A stretch of 64,000 nucleotides of DNA from a virus (IMGVR_UViG_3300002054_000021:77864-141863); one strand, 5' to 3'; numbered from the stretch's first letter, positions 18,579 to 28,622 are shown. Made by a program: numbers and translations. The notes: a model not told the origin generated them from the sequence alone.

Positions 18579-20150
18579 TTGGGGAAAAATAGAACTATAT
18601 CTCGCGATTTAGCAGAGAGAATAAGAGATTCTTGGGCTGAATCTTCATCATTAAAGGATGCGATAGCAAACGCAGGGTCGTCAACTACTGACGAGAGAAC
18701 TATGCGCAGGTATCGCAGGCAGACTGAAGAGTTGTTAGGTATTGAGCTTCCCGCTCACAATGCAAAATTTTCTACTCACAAAAGAACAGAGTGCGAGAGT
18801 ACTTTGGATATATCTGCAGCTAAAGAAAAAAAATCATTCATTATTACTTATTGTGTAAATAACTGTCCAATAAATTCAAAGTTTTTAGATTCATTGGAAG
18901 TTTTAGCTGAGGAGAATGATTCTCAAATACTTATAATTCCCCAAGCTTATAGAAATCCAGATGATTTGGCAAAGGTGGGATTTAAGGATTATAGGTATAA
19001 ATGGCCAGACAGGGTGAAAAAGTACATTCTGAATGAGGAGTTTAAGTTAGGCAACATGCTTGTTGTGTCTCCTATAGGTATAAAGCCGACAGTGAAAAAT
19101 CCTCTGTCTGGTAAAGATCCAAATGAAGGTAGAAAATCTGCCATATATGGGCACTCACAGGTCTCTATGATAACAGTCCCAACTCCATCGAAAATGGAGG
19201 CAAAGAGAGTGTATACGACTGGTGCTATATCTAGGGCTAGATATCCTAAATTAGATACAGGGAGATCGGCAGCATTCAATCATGTTATGGCGGCTTTATA
19301 TGTTCATATGGATGGCAATAATTTCCATACCTTAAATCTTCACTGGAGTGGCAGTGGATTTCATTTTCTTAACAAAAAAGTAACTCCAGATGGTATAGAC
19401 GATGCAGAGCCTATAAAGGCCCTGATACAGGGAGACTCCCATGCCGTGTGGAGTGATGATAAGGTTCTTAAATCTAGGGATAGGCTGATTGATATGATAG
19501 ACCCGCAGGTGCTCGGCTGGCATGACTTGCACGATCACAAGTATCAATCCCATCATGCTACTGTTACTGATAAAATAAGAATGGCGCTAAATAACGAATT
19601 CTTAGTTGAAAAAGAATTGCAATTATCATTGGACCTAATAAATGAAAAGGGCAAGGGTAGAAAAAATTTAATAATCGGATCTAATCACAATGACCACTTA
19701 GATAAGTGGCTAGATAAGTTTAAGGATAAAGAAGACCCACATAACGCCCTCTTCGCGAAAGAGCTTCACGCTGCTGTCATTAGGTCTGGTAAGCCAGCCT
19801 TTGAAGAATGGATGCATGATAAAGTTGAGGTAGATGTAGAATTTGTTGGTAGAAATGATTACTATACAATATCTGGAATAGATGTATCTCAGCATGGTGA
19901 TGTTGGTGGTAATGGATCTAGAGCTACGGCTAGAGGTTTTTCTAGGTACTCTTACAAGACTATTATAGGTCATTCTCATTCACCAAGAATAGAGAAGGGT
20001 TGCTATCAAATGGGGACATCATCAAAAAAAATGTCATATGTTAAGGGTTATTCTTCTTGGGCTGAGTGTGATTGTATAATATATCCAGACGGTAAAAGGA
20101 CTTTGGTTTTCTATACAAATGGAAAAAATATAGGGGATTTTTATGAATAA
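18579..20150 (+). CDS. protein with C-terminal calcineurin-like metallophosphoesterase motifs
   Basis: Motifs GDSH, GSNHNDH and GHSHSP. The N-terminal 280 aa are unassigned. Confidence 0.5.
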   Translation: MGKNRTISRDLAERIRDSWAESSSLKDAIANAGSSTTDERTMRRYRRQTEELLGIELPAHNAKFSTHKRTECESTLDISAAKEKKSFIITYCVNNCPINSKFLDSLEVLAEENDSQILIIPQAYRNPDDLAKVGFKDYRYKWPDRVKKYILNEEFKLGNMLVVSPIGIKPTVKNPLSGKDPNEGRKSAIYGHSQVSMITVPTPSKMEAKRVYTTGAISRARYPKLDTGRSAAFNHVMAALYVHMDGNNFHTLNLHWSGSGFHFLNKKVTPDGIDDAEPIKALIQGDSHAVWSDDKVLKSRDRLIDMIDPQVLGWHDLHDHKYQSHHATVTDKIRMALNNEFLVEKELQLSLDLINEKGKGRKNLIIGSNHNDHLDKWLDKFKDKEDPHNALFAKELHAAVIRSGKPAFEEWMHDKVEVDVEFVGRNDYYTISGIDVSQHGDVGGNGSRATARGFSRYSYKTIIGHSHSPRIEKGCYQMGTSSKKMSYVKGYSSWAECDCIIYPDGKRTLVFYTNGKNIGDFYE

Positions 20151-20295
20151 AATAGATGATTGTAAAAGCAATAAGTGTGGAACAGAGACAAATATAATAG
20201 ACATTAACGGAGAGCTTGTTGAAGTTAGAGGTTGTTTGACTTGTGGAAAGACGGAAGTTGTAGATACATCAAAAGAAAATAAAAATAATATATAA
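20143..20295 (+). CDS. small zinc-ribbon protein (50 aa)
   Basis: GGGG RBS. CxxxxC...CxxC motif. Overlaps the upstream stop (ATGAATAA). Confidence 0.4.
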   Translation: MNKIDDCKSNKCGTETNIIDINGELVEVRGCLTCGKTEVVDTSKENKNNI

Positions 20296-20361
20296 AAAAA
20301 TTATTGACTATTGATTCTAATTGTGTTAGTTAATTATTATCGGAAAAAAGGGGATTGAAAA

Positions 20362-20616
20362 TTGTCTACAGCAACTAAGAAGTGTCTAGCTAATATGTAT
20401 TCAATATTAGATGAGATGTCTAGAATATGTGAAACAACCGAGGTTGGTGATGATTTCGCATCTATGTTTACGGCTTGCGAGTTTCAACTATCTGAACTTA
20501 AGTCAGAGCTAGATGGTACAGGAAGGTATGGTGCAGGTTGCTCTGATTTAGGTGAATCAGATAGCTTTATAGTTAATTCAGAGTTTGATGAAATGGAATT
20601 AAATCACAGATATTAG
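20362..20616 (+). CDS. hypothetical acidic protein
   Basis: TTG start with GGGG RBS. Confidence 0.4.
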   Translation: MSTATKKCLANMYSILDEMSRICETTEVGDDFASMFTACEFQLSELKSELDGTGRYGAGCSDLGESDSFIVNSEFDEMELNHRY

Positions 20617-20639
20617 CGCTATGCAAAGGGGAGGTATAA

Positions 20640-21380
20640 TTGAAAAATTGTAAAGATGTAACTGAACTCTTACAGAAAGAGTTGGACTACAGAAGAATTA
20701 AAAAACATCCTTATAGTGGGTTCGACTATCTTGAATCTTGGGATGTGATAAATTCAGCGAATCTTATATTCGGGCACTTTGGTTGGGATAGCTCAATAAT
20801 GGATGTTCGCGAGATAAATACTATTAACAATGATGGCAAGTATGAAGTTTTTTACCTTGCTAAGGTGAGAGTTACTGTAACATATCTTGACGAAGATGGT
20901 ATAGAGAAGAGTACATTTAGGGAAGATGCAGCTGTTGGTGTTTCTTTTGGTAGGAAGCTATCTGATTGTCACGACAAGGCTGTAAAGGGCGCTGTTAGTG
21001 ACGCTGAGAAAAGGGCTTTGAGAAAGTTTGGTAATCAATTTGGGCTTCCATTATATGATGACGATAAAGCAAATGTTGACTTTAATCCACAAGAAAAAGA
21101 TCAGGGTGTAAATCAAGAAAACAAAGACATGACTAACTCATCATGCTCAGATGATATATTCGACAAGCTTAAGTCTGCATTGCTAGTTGCCGAGAAGAAA
21201 GCATTCGTAGCCTCTGATATAAAAGGCCTCCTTATAAATGATCAAACATCATCCATGATGGCGAGTTTAAAGGAATCTAATAAAGATAATTACGATGAGT
21301 TTATAAAACTTTGCTCTGATGCTGCGGACAGGCTTTCATCGCAATCGCATTCAGTCAGCGTAAATGATGATTACATGTAA
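20640..21380 (+). CDS. Rad52/Rad22-family single-strand annealing protein
   Basis: Motif KAVKGAVSDAEKRALRKFGNQFGLPLYDDD. TTG start with AAGGGGAGG RBS. Confidence 0.65.
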   Translation: MKNCKDVTELLQKELDYRRIKKHPYSGFDYLESWDVINSANLIFGHFGWDSSIMDVREINTINNDGKYEVFYLAKVRVTVTYLDEDGIEKSTFREDAAVGVSFGRKLSDCHDKAVKGAVSDAEKRALRKFGNQFGLPLYDDDKANVDFNPQEKDQGVNQENKDMTNSSCSDDIFDKLKSALLVAEKKAFVASDIKGLLINDQTSSMMASLKESNKDNYDEFIKLCSDAADRLSSQSHSVSVNDDYM

Positions 21381-21401
21381 ATTACTTAAGGGGGATTAGT
21401 A

Positions 21402-22310
21402 ATGGAAGTGGACGAGGTAGAATTATCTAAGGTTTCTGAAAAGATGGCCTTAACTAGAGATGAGGTTAATGATTTAGTTCAAAGGAGCTTTCCTGACATC
21501 AAATCTTTATCCCCATCAAGCTTAAATAAATGGTGTGGTGAATATGGAGATGAGGGGTCTTGGTGTTTAACTTATATTTACAATAAGAGGTTTCAAGGCA
21601 GTCCAGCAACCATAAGAGGTCAGGTTGTGGAGGATGCTTTCTTTAAAATACTTAAGAATGTTGATGGTGGCCCAAAAAGATTAAAGGAATTTGTAGATAG
21701 GGCATATCAAGAGAGGGTCTCTGAATTGGATAATATATCCGCTAAGGCAAACGATAAAGAGTTTTCATCTTTACACGGATTTGTCGATCAGTGCTATCTT
21801 GCTAGGAAAGAGCTTAAATTAGTTCTGCCAAAGCAGGATGATAAAAGGCCAACTCAAGTGAGGGTAACTGCTGACTTAGGCAGTAATCTACCAATTAAAA
21901 CTAGTGGTTACTTAGACTTTGATTTTGGGGACTATGCTTTGGATTTAAAGACAACACATGCTGTTCCTAGTTCTGATATCAAGCAGGACCACAAGTGCCA
22001 GATTGGCATGTATGCTAAAGCCAGAGGTGATGACACAGCAAAAATATTATATCTAAGCTCTAAGAAGTATAGGATGTTTGCACTTCACGGTAGGGAAATA
22101 GATACAGCGCATGCGTCACTTGTGACTAAAGCTGAGGGGTTATGGTATAGACTTTATGCTGCCTCGATCATGGCTCTTCATAACGACACTGACCCTAAGG
22201 ACGAGATATCTAAGCTAGTTACACCTAACTTCGGTAGTTGGAATTGGGATGATGAGGCTATGTCATTCGCGGCAAGCCTTGGGCTATGGAATATAAAATA
22301 TAACGGATAA
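21402..22310 (+). CDS. PD-(D/E)xK exonuclease (lambda-Exo/RecB-family)
   Basis: Motif DFDFGDYALDLKTT plus QIGMY. Lies next to the annealing protein. Confidence 0.6.
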   Translation: MEVDEVELSKVSEKMALTRDEVNDLVQRSFPDIKSLSPSSLNKWCGEYGDEGSWCLTYIYNKRFQGSPATIRGQVVEDAFFKILKNVDGGPKRLKEFVDRAYQERVSELDNISAKANDKEFSSLHGFVDQCYLARKELKLVLPKQDDKRPTQVRVTADLGSNLPIKTSGYLDFDFGDYALDLKTTHAVPSSDIKQDHKCQIGMYAKARGDDTAKILYLSSKKYRMFALHGREIDTAHASLVTKAEGLWYRLYAASIMALHNDTDPKDEISKLVTPNFGSWNWDDEAMSFAASLGLWNIKYNG

Positions 22311-22325
22311 AAAGGAGATAGTTAT

Positions 22326-22895
22326 ATGAAAAGAGAAAGAAGAAATGGTGACGCCACCATGAATAGAAATCAATACAAACAGAACGTTGGTGACGCCAAT
22401 GCTATTGTAAAAATTTTTATAGATGGTGACGATTACACTGGATCGATCTGGAGATTTAATGAATACTCAGATCCTAAAAGGCCTGCAGACAGACAGCCTA
22501 ATCCTAATGACCCCACCTATTTAGGGGATCTGGACTATAATGGAAGGAAGTGTAGGATAGCTCTATGGCTTAACTTTAAAGGTAAGGACGTTGAGAATTT
22601 AAATGCAGGTAAAGGCCCTAGACCAAATGTTACAGGCAGGGTTAATTTTGCTGGTTACTCTAGATCTATATCTATGTGGGAGAGGGTCAATTCCAACACA
22701 AATGAGATATTTTGGTCTGGGAGCTTAGATATGAGGGATGAGTATAAAAAGGTTTATAATCCACCCCAAGGACATCAGGGCGGAAGTTCTACAAGAGGAG
22801 ACTCTTACTCTCAATCACAATCTCAAGGCGGCGGTCAAAATCAAAAAGCGGCTGAAAATAAGGCATTTGATATTGAGGAAGACCTTCCTTTTTAA
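22326..22895 (+). CDS. ssb: single-stranded DNA-binding protein
   Basis: Gly/Gln/Ser-rich tail ending in DIEEDLPF. Confidence 0.55.
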   Translation: MKRERRNGDATMNRNQYKQNVGDANAIVKIFIDGDDYTGSIWRFNEYSDPKRPADRQPNPNDPTYLGDLDYNGRKCRIALWLNFKGKDVENLNAGKGPRPNVTGRVNFAGYSRSISMWERVNSNTNEIFWSGSLDMRDEYKKVYNPPQGHQGGSSTRGDSYSQSQSQGGGQNQKAAENKAFDIEEDLPF

Positions 22896-22927
22896 CTAAC
22901 AATAACATTTAAAACAGGTACTCTTTT

Positions 22928-23275
22928 TTGCCCTTATCTGATCTGCAAAAGTTTTTTTATAAACATATAAATATCATAAAGTCGGAAAGGAGAACCTGCT
23001 CTGAATGTGGGTGTGACTTGATGGGTGATTTTGGCGAAGTCGCCCATATTATTCCTAAAAGTAAATTTAAATCTGTGGCAACTAATGATTTAAATGTAAT
23101 TTACCTGTGCGGCTGGAGTTCAAAAAACAACTGCCATGCAAAGTTTGATAACTATTCTCTTGATAAAGTTAAGTCTATGAATTGTTATAAAGAATGCCGT
23201 GATAGGTTCGCGGAAATTGAAAGTGATATAGAAGAAAATATATCTTACAAATATTACGATAAATGGGGAGATTAG
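22928..23275 (+). CDS. small HNH endonuclease
   Basis: Motif CSECGCDL...HIIPKS...NCHAKFD. TTG start is uncertain. Confidence 0.45.
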   Translation: MPLSDLQKFFYKHINIIKSERRTCSECGCDLMGDFGEVAHIIPKSKFKSVATNDLNVIYLCGWSSKNNCHAKFDNYSLDKVKSMNCYKECRDRFAEIESDIEENISYKYYDKWGD

Positions 23276-23276
23276 C

Positions 23277-24305
23277 ATGGCTAAGCTTGAAGAGGTTTTA
23301 AGAAAGCTAAATAAAGGAAAATCAGAAGAAGATAAGTATTCTGGTGTGGTTGGCGACAGGAAGATAGAGAGAAAATTTTTATCAACAGGAAGCCCGTTCA
23401 TAGATAAATTAACAGGTGGTGGATTTGTAAAAGGCGCGTACAACTGTATAGTTGGAGCAGGTGGCGCGGGAAAGACTTCTATAGCATTGTTGGCTTGCGC
23501 TGAAGCAACTAGAAATAAAGAGCTTGCTGTATTCATAGATGGCGAGGCTACTGTAGAGGATTCTTATATAGGAAGGATGGGAGTTGACAGGGAATATTTC
23601 GTTCATGAAAGAATAAGAAACCTTGAAGCTATGTTAGATTATGCAGAAGCGATGTCAACCGTTGATGATGTGGGTGTTATTGTTATGGATTCAATTGCTA
23701 TATTCACATCAACCGCAGCTGAGAATAAGGGTGCAGATGAATATACGATGGCAGATGAGGCGAGAAGATTTAGTCAAAGAATGTGCATAATAGAGGGGAA
23801 TTGCATAAAAAGAGATATAGCTATAATTGGACTAACTTCTTATAAAACAGACCTGTCTGTTAGAATGGGGGACAATCGCACATTGCCTAGAGGTATATGG
23901 CAAATACAAATGATGAATACATTTCTTGATTTTACGAGGAAGTCATTTATTTTTGGAAGCGGGGATACTCCTATAGGTCACGAGATTGACGTTAGAATTA
24001 AGAAAGCTAAGACCAGCGCTTACGACACAAAAAAGGCCTATAGGTTAAATTTTTATTATGACAGAGGATTTGATAAAAGTGAACAGCTATGTGAGCTTTT
24101 CTTAAAGGCTGGTCTTATAGAGCAGTCTGGAGCTTGGATTAAGTTCAATGATCACAACGGCGTTGAACAGAAAGTCCAAGGAAAGTCTAAATTGGTAGAC
24201 TACATGGATGATAATAAAGAATGTTTTGATTATTATACTTCAATGATGACGTCTGAAGATAATCATATATTTATTGAGGGTGATATTGAAGAGGGAGATG
24301 GTTAA
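23277..24305 (+). CDS. RecA-fold ATPase (Sak4/RadA-like)
   Basis: Walker A GAGGAGKTSIAL and Walker B VIVMDS. Confidence 0.55.
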   Translation: MAKLEEVLRKLNKGKSEEDKYSGVVGDRKIERKFLSTGSPFIDKLTGGGFVKGAYNCIVGAGGAGKTSIALLACAEATRNKELAVFIDGEATVEDSYIGRMGVDREYFVHERIRNLEAMLDYAEAMSTVDDVGVIVMDSIAIFTSTAAENKGADEYTMADEARRFSQRMCIIEGNCIKRDIAIIGLTSYKTDLSVRMGDNRTLPRGIWQIQMMNTFLDFTRKSFIFGSGDTPIGHEIDVRIKKAKTSAYDTKKAYRLNFYYDRGFDKSEQLCELFLKAGLIEQSGAWIKFNDHNGVEQKVQGKSKLVDYMDDNKECFDYYTSMMTSEDNHIFIEGDIEEGDG

Positions 24306-24306
24306 T

Positions 24307-24729
24307 ATGAAGCTTAATGACTTAATATCAGACTTCGATAACCTTAGAGATAACTTTAATAATTACACAAGAACTCAGTCCCTGACAAAAACTTCACTTA
24401 ATGAATACCAACATAGATTTATGGATATTAAGTCGAAGCTTAGACCTTGGAAGAAAGAGGTTCAGGGAGAATGGATGAAGAGAGACGATAAGGCTGCTAC
24501 AGCATACAAAGGCAGGTTGGCTATTTCTTTATCGAGAGGTGAAATTGAGGGTTATGATAAGATGAGCTTAAATCAAGCTAACAATTACGCATCTTCAACT
24601 CCTCATTACGAAAAGTTTGTGGAAGAAAGGGCTTTTTACAAAGAGAGTCTCGTTAATTTGCAAGACATGAGAGATGATTGTCAGGGTTATATAAACTTGT
24701 GTAAGGATTATTTAAAGGATGTTTATTAG
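24307..24729 (+). CDS. hypothetical protein
   Basis: ATG at 24307 after GAGGGAG. The track's 24274 start overlaps the upstream gene. Confidence 0.45.
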   Translation: MKLNDLISDFDNLRDNFNNYTRTQSLTKTSLNEYQHRFMDIKSKLRPWKKEVQGEWMKRDDKAATAYKGRLAISLSRGEIEGYDKMSLNQANNYASSTPHYEKFVEERAFYKESLVNLQDMRDDCQGYINLCKDYLKDVY

Positions 24730-24737
24730 GGGTTGTT

Positions 24738-25022
24738 ATGTCAGGTTTAGATAAAATTGATGAGGATACTAAGAGGTCAATAATTGATGAGTTAATAATA
24801 GATGCAAACCATCAAAAAGAGAGAGTTAATCACCCAGACCATTATAATCAAGGGTCTATGGAAGTTATTGATGCTATAGATGGCCTTGGATTTGCTGAGG
24901 GGTTTTGCGTCGGAAATATAATAAAATATGTTTCAAGGCATGAGTATAAAAACGGGAAAGAGGATCTAGATAAAGCGCTTTGGTATTTAAAGTGGCTTAT
25001 AGATAATAAATATAATGACTAA
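24738..25022 (+). CDS. DUF3310-like phage protein
   Basis: Motif PDHYNQG...IDAIDGL...GNIIKYVSRH...KDLDKALWYLKWL. Confidence 0.5.
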   Translation: MSGLDKIDEDTKRSIIDELIIDANHQKERVNHPDHYNQGSMEVIDAIDGLGFAEGFCVGNIIKYVSRHEYKNGKEDLDKALWYLKWLIDNKYND

Positions 25023-25548
25023 AAGAAGTAATTTTAAACGTAGAAAAAATGATGCGTATGACACACCTGTCAAAGCCATGACTCCACTACTTCCTTATCT
25101 TCCAAAAAAATGCAGGTTTATTGAACCTTGTGCTGGAAACGGTCAGATGGTTGATTATTTCGTAGAGCAGGGTCATGAGTGCGTTGATTACTTCGACCTA
25201 GAGCCAAGAAGGGACGATATAAAAGAATTTGACGCATTCGATTATAGCGTGGCTAATTATTATGATTGTGATTTTATAATAACCAACCCTCCTTGGACAA
25301 GGCAATTGTTACACCCAATGATAGAGCTTTGGGCAAGTGTAAGGCCTACTTGGGTTTTGTTTGATTCTGATTGGATTTTCACTAAGCAGGCGATACCTTA
25401 TTTAGAATATTGTCATAAAATAGTTTCTATAGGTAGAGTTTCTTGGATGGATAATGGTGTTTCAGGAAAAGATAATTCAGCATGGTTTTTATTTGATAAA
25501 ACCACGACAAGAGTTACTGACGGTCCTGTAATTTATGGAACTAAGTAA
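25015..25548 (+). CDS. small phage Dam-like N6-adenine methyltransferase
   Basis: Motif I-like CAGNGQ and motif IV NPPW. Overlaps upstream by ATGA. Confidence 0.45.
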   Translation: MTKRSNFKRRKNDAYDTPVKAMTPLLPYLPKKCRFIEPCAGNGQMVDYFVEQGHECVDYFDLEPRRDDIKEFDAFDYSVANYYDCDFIITNPPWTRQLLHPMIELWASVRPTWVLFDSDWIFTKQAIPYLEYCHKIVSIGRVSWMDNGVSGKDNSAWFLFDKTTTRVTDGPVIYGTK

Positions 25549-25579
25549 AAATTTTTTAACAAAAAAAAATAAAAAACCC

Positions 25580-25608
25580 TTGACTTGACAGTGTTGTTAT
25601 GTTATAAC
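25580..25608 (+). promoter_or_regulatory. sigma70-like promoter TTGACT-17-TATAAC
   Basis: Follows an A-tract. Confidence 0.45.
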
Positions 25609-25618
25609 AATACTTACT

Positions 25619-26422
25619 ATGAGTGAGATATCTCACCATCAAGGGGAAAGATTAATGAGTCATCTAAATTACCACACCCAAGGCAAGGGTAGACCTAAGA
25701 AAGAGGGTGGCGTCTATACCGATGTTTATACTCAGAAAAAGAAAGTTCTGCTAAGAGATGGTGACGGGTCTCCTGATTGTCCTATAGATGTGCTCAAAGC
25801 TCAGAGAATAATAACTGATGAAGAATCTATGGCCATAAAGCTTTACAGAAGTATATGGTCATCAGCCTATGGTTCACCAATAGGATATTGTGGTAGTATA
25901 TGGTCTGGAATACTTGGCGGATCTGGACCAAGAAGTGGTGATCAAAATGAAGAATATTATCAAAATAAGAAAAAGAAGATAATAAAGAAATATCACGAAC
26001 TAGATGAATATGTATTGAATTGCTCTAAGGAGGGAAGGAAATGTATAAGAGATTTAGCTCAAGGAGTTTTGCCTAGCTATCTTCGTAGTGTTATATGGGC
26101 GGCTTCAAAAAACTTCAAATACGTAACTCGTATAGAGGCTATAGATGAAGCTATAAGTGATTTAGGGGTAGAGGATATAAAGCCTAAAGAGCTAGCAAAG
26201 GCAGTAAAAAAATTAAAAGATAGTGGAACTTTAAAAAAACCTATAAGTTACTACGCCTCAAAAAGAAAGTTAGTTGACGACCTTATAACCGAGAAAAGAA
26301 ATTTAGATAAAAAACTGTCGGCAATAACAACAGACAAAGAGCCTAGTTTTGATATATACGCTCGTGACCAATTTAGATTGTCTCTTAGGTGTTTAATTAG
26401 ATATTTTAATAGCTCTTCTTGA
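25619..26422 (+). CDS. hypothetical protein
   Basis: 267-aa ORF. Confidence 0.5.
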   Translation: MSEISHHQGERLMSHLNYHTQGKGRPKKEGGVYTDVYTQKKKVLLRDGDGSPDCPIDVLKAQRIITDEESMAIKLYRSIWSSAYGSPIGYCGSIWSGILGGSGPRSGDQNEEYYQNKKKKIIKKYHELDEYVLNCSKEGRKCIRDLAQGVLPSYLRSVIWAASKNFKYVTRIEAIDEAISDLGVEDIKPKELAKAVKKLKDSGTLKKPISYYASKRKLVDDLITEKRNLDKKLSAITTDKEPSFDIYARDQFRLSLRCLIRYFNSSS

Positions 26423-26449
26423 CATTTTAGTAAACGGTGGTATAATTAA

Positions 26450-26782
26450 ATGGTAGGAAAAATATTTATTCATGCTGAAGAAATATATTCTGACAGCTCC
26501 ATGTCAGAGATTGTAGATTATATAGAGCATGATTATCCAAGGGGTAAAACTAATCAGGATAGAGGGTGGTTTTTTATTCACTCTGAGTGCGAATCTAACA
26601 TAAATGAATATCAACAAGATTACATGCTGGTTAATAATTCTAGAATGTATTGCGTGGATAGATGCTTTTGTGGGCTTTATAGAATAAAGTTGTGGGAAAG
26701 TATAAAACAATTAAAGATAAAAAGAAGTTGGGTGTTATTAATTGCTGGATTTAAGCGAATGGTAATAAACTTCAGGGAATAA
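26450..26782 (+). CDS. hypothetical protein
   Basis: 110-aa ORF. Confidence 0.4.
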   Translation: MVGKIFIHAEEIYSDSSMSEIVDYIEHDYPRGKTNQDRGWFFIHSECESNINEYQQDYMLVNNSRMYCVDRCFCGLYRIKLWESIKQLKIKRSWVLLIAGFKRMVINFRE

Positions 26783-26785
26783 AAT

Positions 26786-26944
26786 ATGGCGTGTTCATCA
26801 TGTGAAAAAAGAAAAAGAGAAATGGCCGCTAGAATAAAGGCCACACAAAGAAATGCTAATGGGCTTAGAACGCCTCCTTCTAGACCTAGAAGAAAAACTC
26901 AGAGTGTGATAAGGTCTGTAAGGCCTAGCGCTAGGAGGTCTTAA
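26786..26944 (+). CDS. small basic Cys-containing protein (52 aa)
   Basis: AGGGA RBS. CSSC motif. Arg/Lys-rich. Confidence 0.35.
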   Translation: MACSSCEKRKREMAARIKATQRNANGLRTPPSRPRRKTQSVIRSVRPSARRS

Positions 26945-27409
26945 GTGTCTAAGTCAACAAAGTTAGAAGAATTAAGGGCTTTTAGGGGGTCATCTAGTAA
27001 GTCATCTGGTCTTGAGTTTGGTAATGTTGCTGCTGCTCTGGACAGATCTGCAGGAATAGTACTTAAAGCCGCTAGGTTGCTTCAGGTATCACCCTATGAA
27101 TTAAATAAATTTATAAAAGATAATCCTGATATTGAACAGGTCGTCATGCAGTCGAAGAGAAATACAGTAGACTTAGCTAAAGAAAAGCTTATTGAAAAAA
27201 TAAAAGAGGGCAACTTAAGAGCTATAACATATTACCTTTCCACTGTTGGTAAAGATGAATTCTCTACTCGGCAAGAACTCACTGGCGCTGATGGAGAAAA
27301 GTTGTTTGAAGCTACTGAGGATGATAAAGACCAGATAATAGCTCACCTTTTAAACGTGAAACAGATACAAGTTCCAAATACAGATGAGAAAGACACGTCT
27401 ATACATTAA
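26945..27409 (+). CDS. DNA-binding regulator with Fis/NtrC-type HTH
   Basis: GTG start after AGGAGG. Motif KAARLLQVSPYELNKFIK. Confidence 0.5.
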   Translation: MSKSTKLEELRAFRGSSSKSSGLEFGNVAAALDRSAGIVLKAARLLQVSPYELNKFIKDNPDIEQVVMQSKRNTVDLAKEKLIEKIKEGNLRAITYYLSTVGKDEFSTRQELTGADGEKLFEATEDDKDQIIAHLLNVKQIQVPNTDEKDTSIH

Positions 27410-27491
27410 GTATGCTGTAGAAGTCACTCTTTAGAAACAACTGCAGACTGGTAGATATTCACGACAATTAATATCTCGCGATTATCGATTT

Positions 27492-27521
27492 CCCTGACCC
27501 TATGGGTCGGGGATTTTTTTT
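27492..27521 (+). terminator. rho-independent terminator
   Basis: CCCTGACCC-TAT-GGGTCGGGG hairpin followed by T8. Confidence 0.55.
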
Positions 27522-27573
27522 GTTTAAAAATTATCTTGACTTACATCTTTAGTTATGATAACTTCATTGCAAT

Positions 27574-27903
27574 ATGAATAAGGGGAATAAAGTGGAAAAT
27601 GAAAATGAAGTACCTGTTGAGTCTAATGATTCCTCAGGAGGCAATCTTGTCACCAATGACAACAATGCAACAGTTGAAAAATTAAAGCAATTTATTGCGC
27701 GTATAGAAAGATTAGAGGCTGAGAAGGCTGAAATATCTGATGATATAAAAGAGGTTTATTCAGAGGTTGGTGTTTTTGGGTTTGATAAGAAGATTGTAAG
27801 AAAGGTTATATCTCGCAGAAAGAAAACAAAAGAAGAATTAGCTGAAGAAGATATGATGATTCAGAATTACACTGATCATATAGAGGGGAATAATAATGGA
27901 TAG
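27574..27903 (+). CDS. hypothetical coiled-coil protein
   Basis: 109-aa ORF. Start could be GTG at 27592 instead. Confidence 0.45.
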   Translation: MNKGNKVENENEVPVESNDSSGGNLVTNDNNATVEKLKQFIARIERLEAEKAEISDDIKEVYSEVGVFGFDKKIVRKVISRRKKTKEELAEEDMMIQNYTDHIEGNNNG

Positions 27904-28228
27904 AATGCCAAGTGCAGTTACACTAATAACTGATAATTCAGATAAAATTGACGTGGATAGATTTAGGAATAGGGTTCAAGATATGACTAAAGCATTCATG
28001 GATTTTACTGCTAATGAAATTGACGGTATAGAAGGTGCTGTAAATCTTGAAATGCCCCTTACCTTAGCTATGGCCCTAACGCATATAAACTCAATACCTT
28101 TAAGGCTTGGGATTAACGGCGCTAGTGATGATTTTGTTAAGGTTGTGAAGAATTCTATATTGGAAGCCGTTTCAGAAGATTTTGACATTTGCTTAGATAT
28201 GGCGAGACAGGATGTCTTGGATGGCTAG
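27896..28228 (+). CDS. hypothetical protein
   Basis: 110-aa ORF. Confidence 0.45.
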   Translation: MDRMPSAVTLITDNSDKIDVDRFRNRVQDMTKAFMDFTANEIDGIEGAVNLEMPLTLAMALTHINSIPLRLGINGASDDFVKVVKNSILEAVSEDFDICLDMARQDVLDG

Positions 28229-28583
28229 TTCTTATAAATTTATTTATCCTGAAAACTATTTTGGCGATAGGGAGTTTTTAAACGAGCAAGATTCTATACA
28301 CACAGGATCTGCCAAGGTTGGCATGTATGTGTCTAAAGTTAGAAAGAAAAAAGGTGACCCCAAATATCATAAACCTTTGACGATAGACGGCACTGTAGAA
28401 ATACGGGACTGTATTAAGAGGATAGATTTAATACTAGATGGCTCTACTTCAGATCAAGATGGGGCAGAAAAACTGCTTAACTCTAGAGACAAGCTTATAA
28501 GATTGATAGGCGTGTGTCAGACAGGCGTTGATGTTATAGAAAGTATGTTTAATCAAAGTAAATTTAAAAAAATGATAGAATAA
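28212..28583 (+). CDS. hypothetical protein
   Basis: 123-aa ORF. Confidence 0.45.
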   Translation: MSWMASSYKFIYPENYFGDREFLNEQDSIHTGSAKVGMYVSKVRKKKGDPKYHKPLTIDGTVEIRDCIKRIDLILDGSTSDQDGAEKLLNSRDKLIRLIGVCQTGVDVIESMFNQSKFKKMIE

Positions 28584-28595
28584 TTTTCGCATCTT
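28584..28595 (+). repeat. TTTTCGCATCTT motif copy
   Basis: Exact match, 27 nt upstream of the ATG at 28623. Confidence 0.6.
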
Positions 28596-28622
28596 TGCGC
28601 ACTAATATTTGTAGGCTTTATT

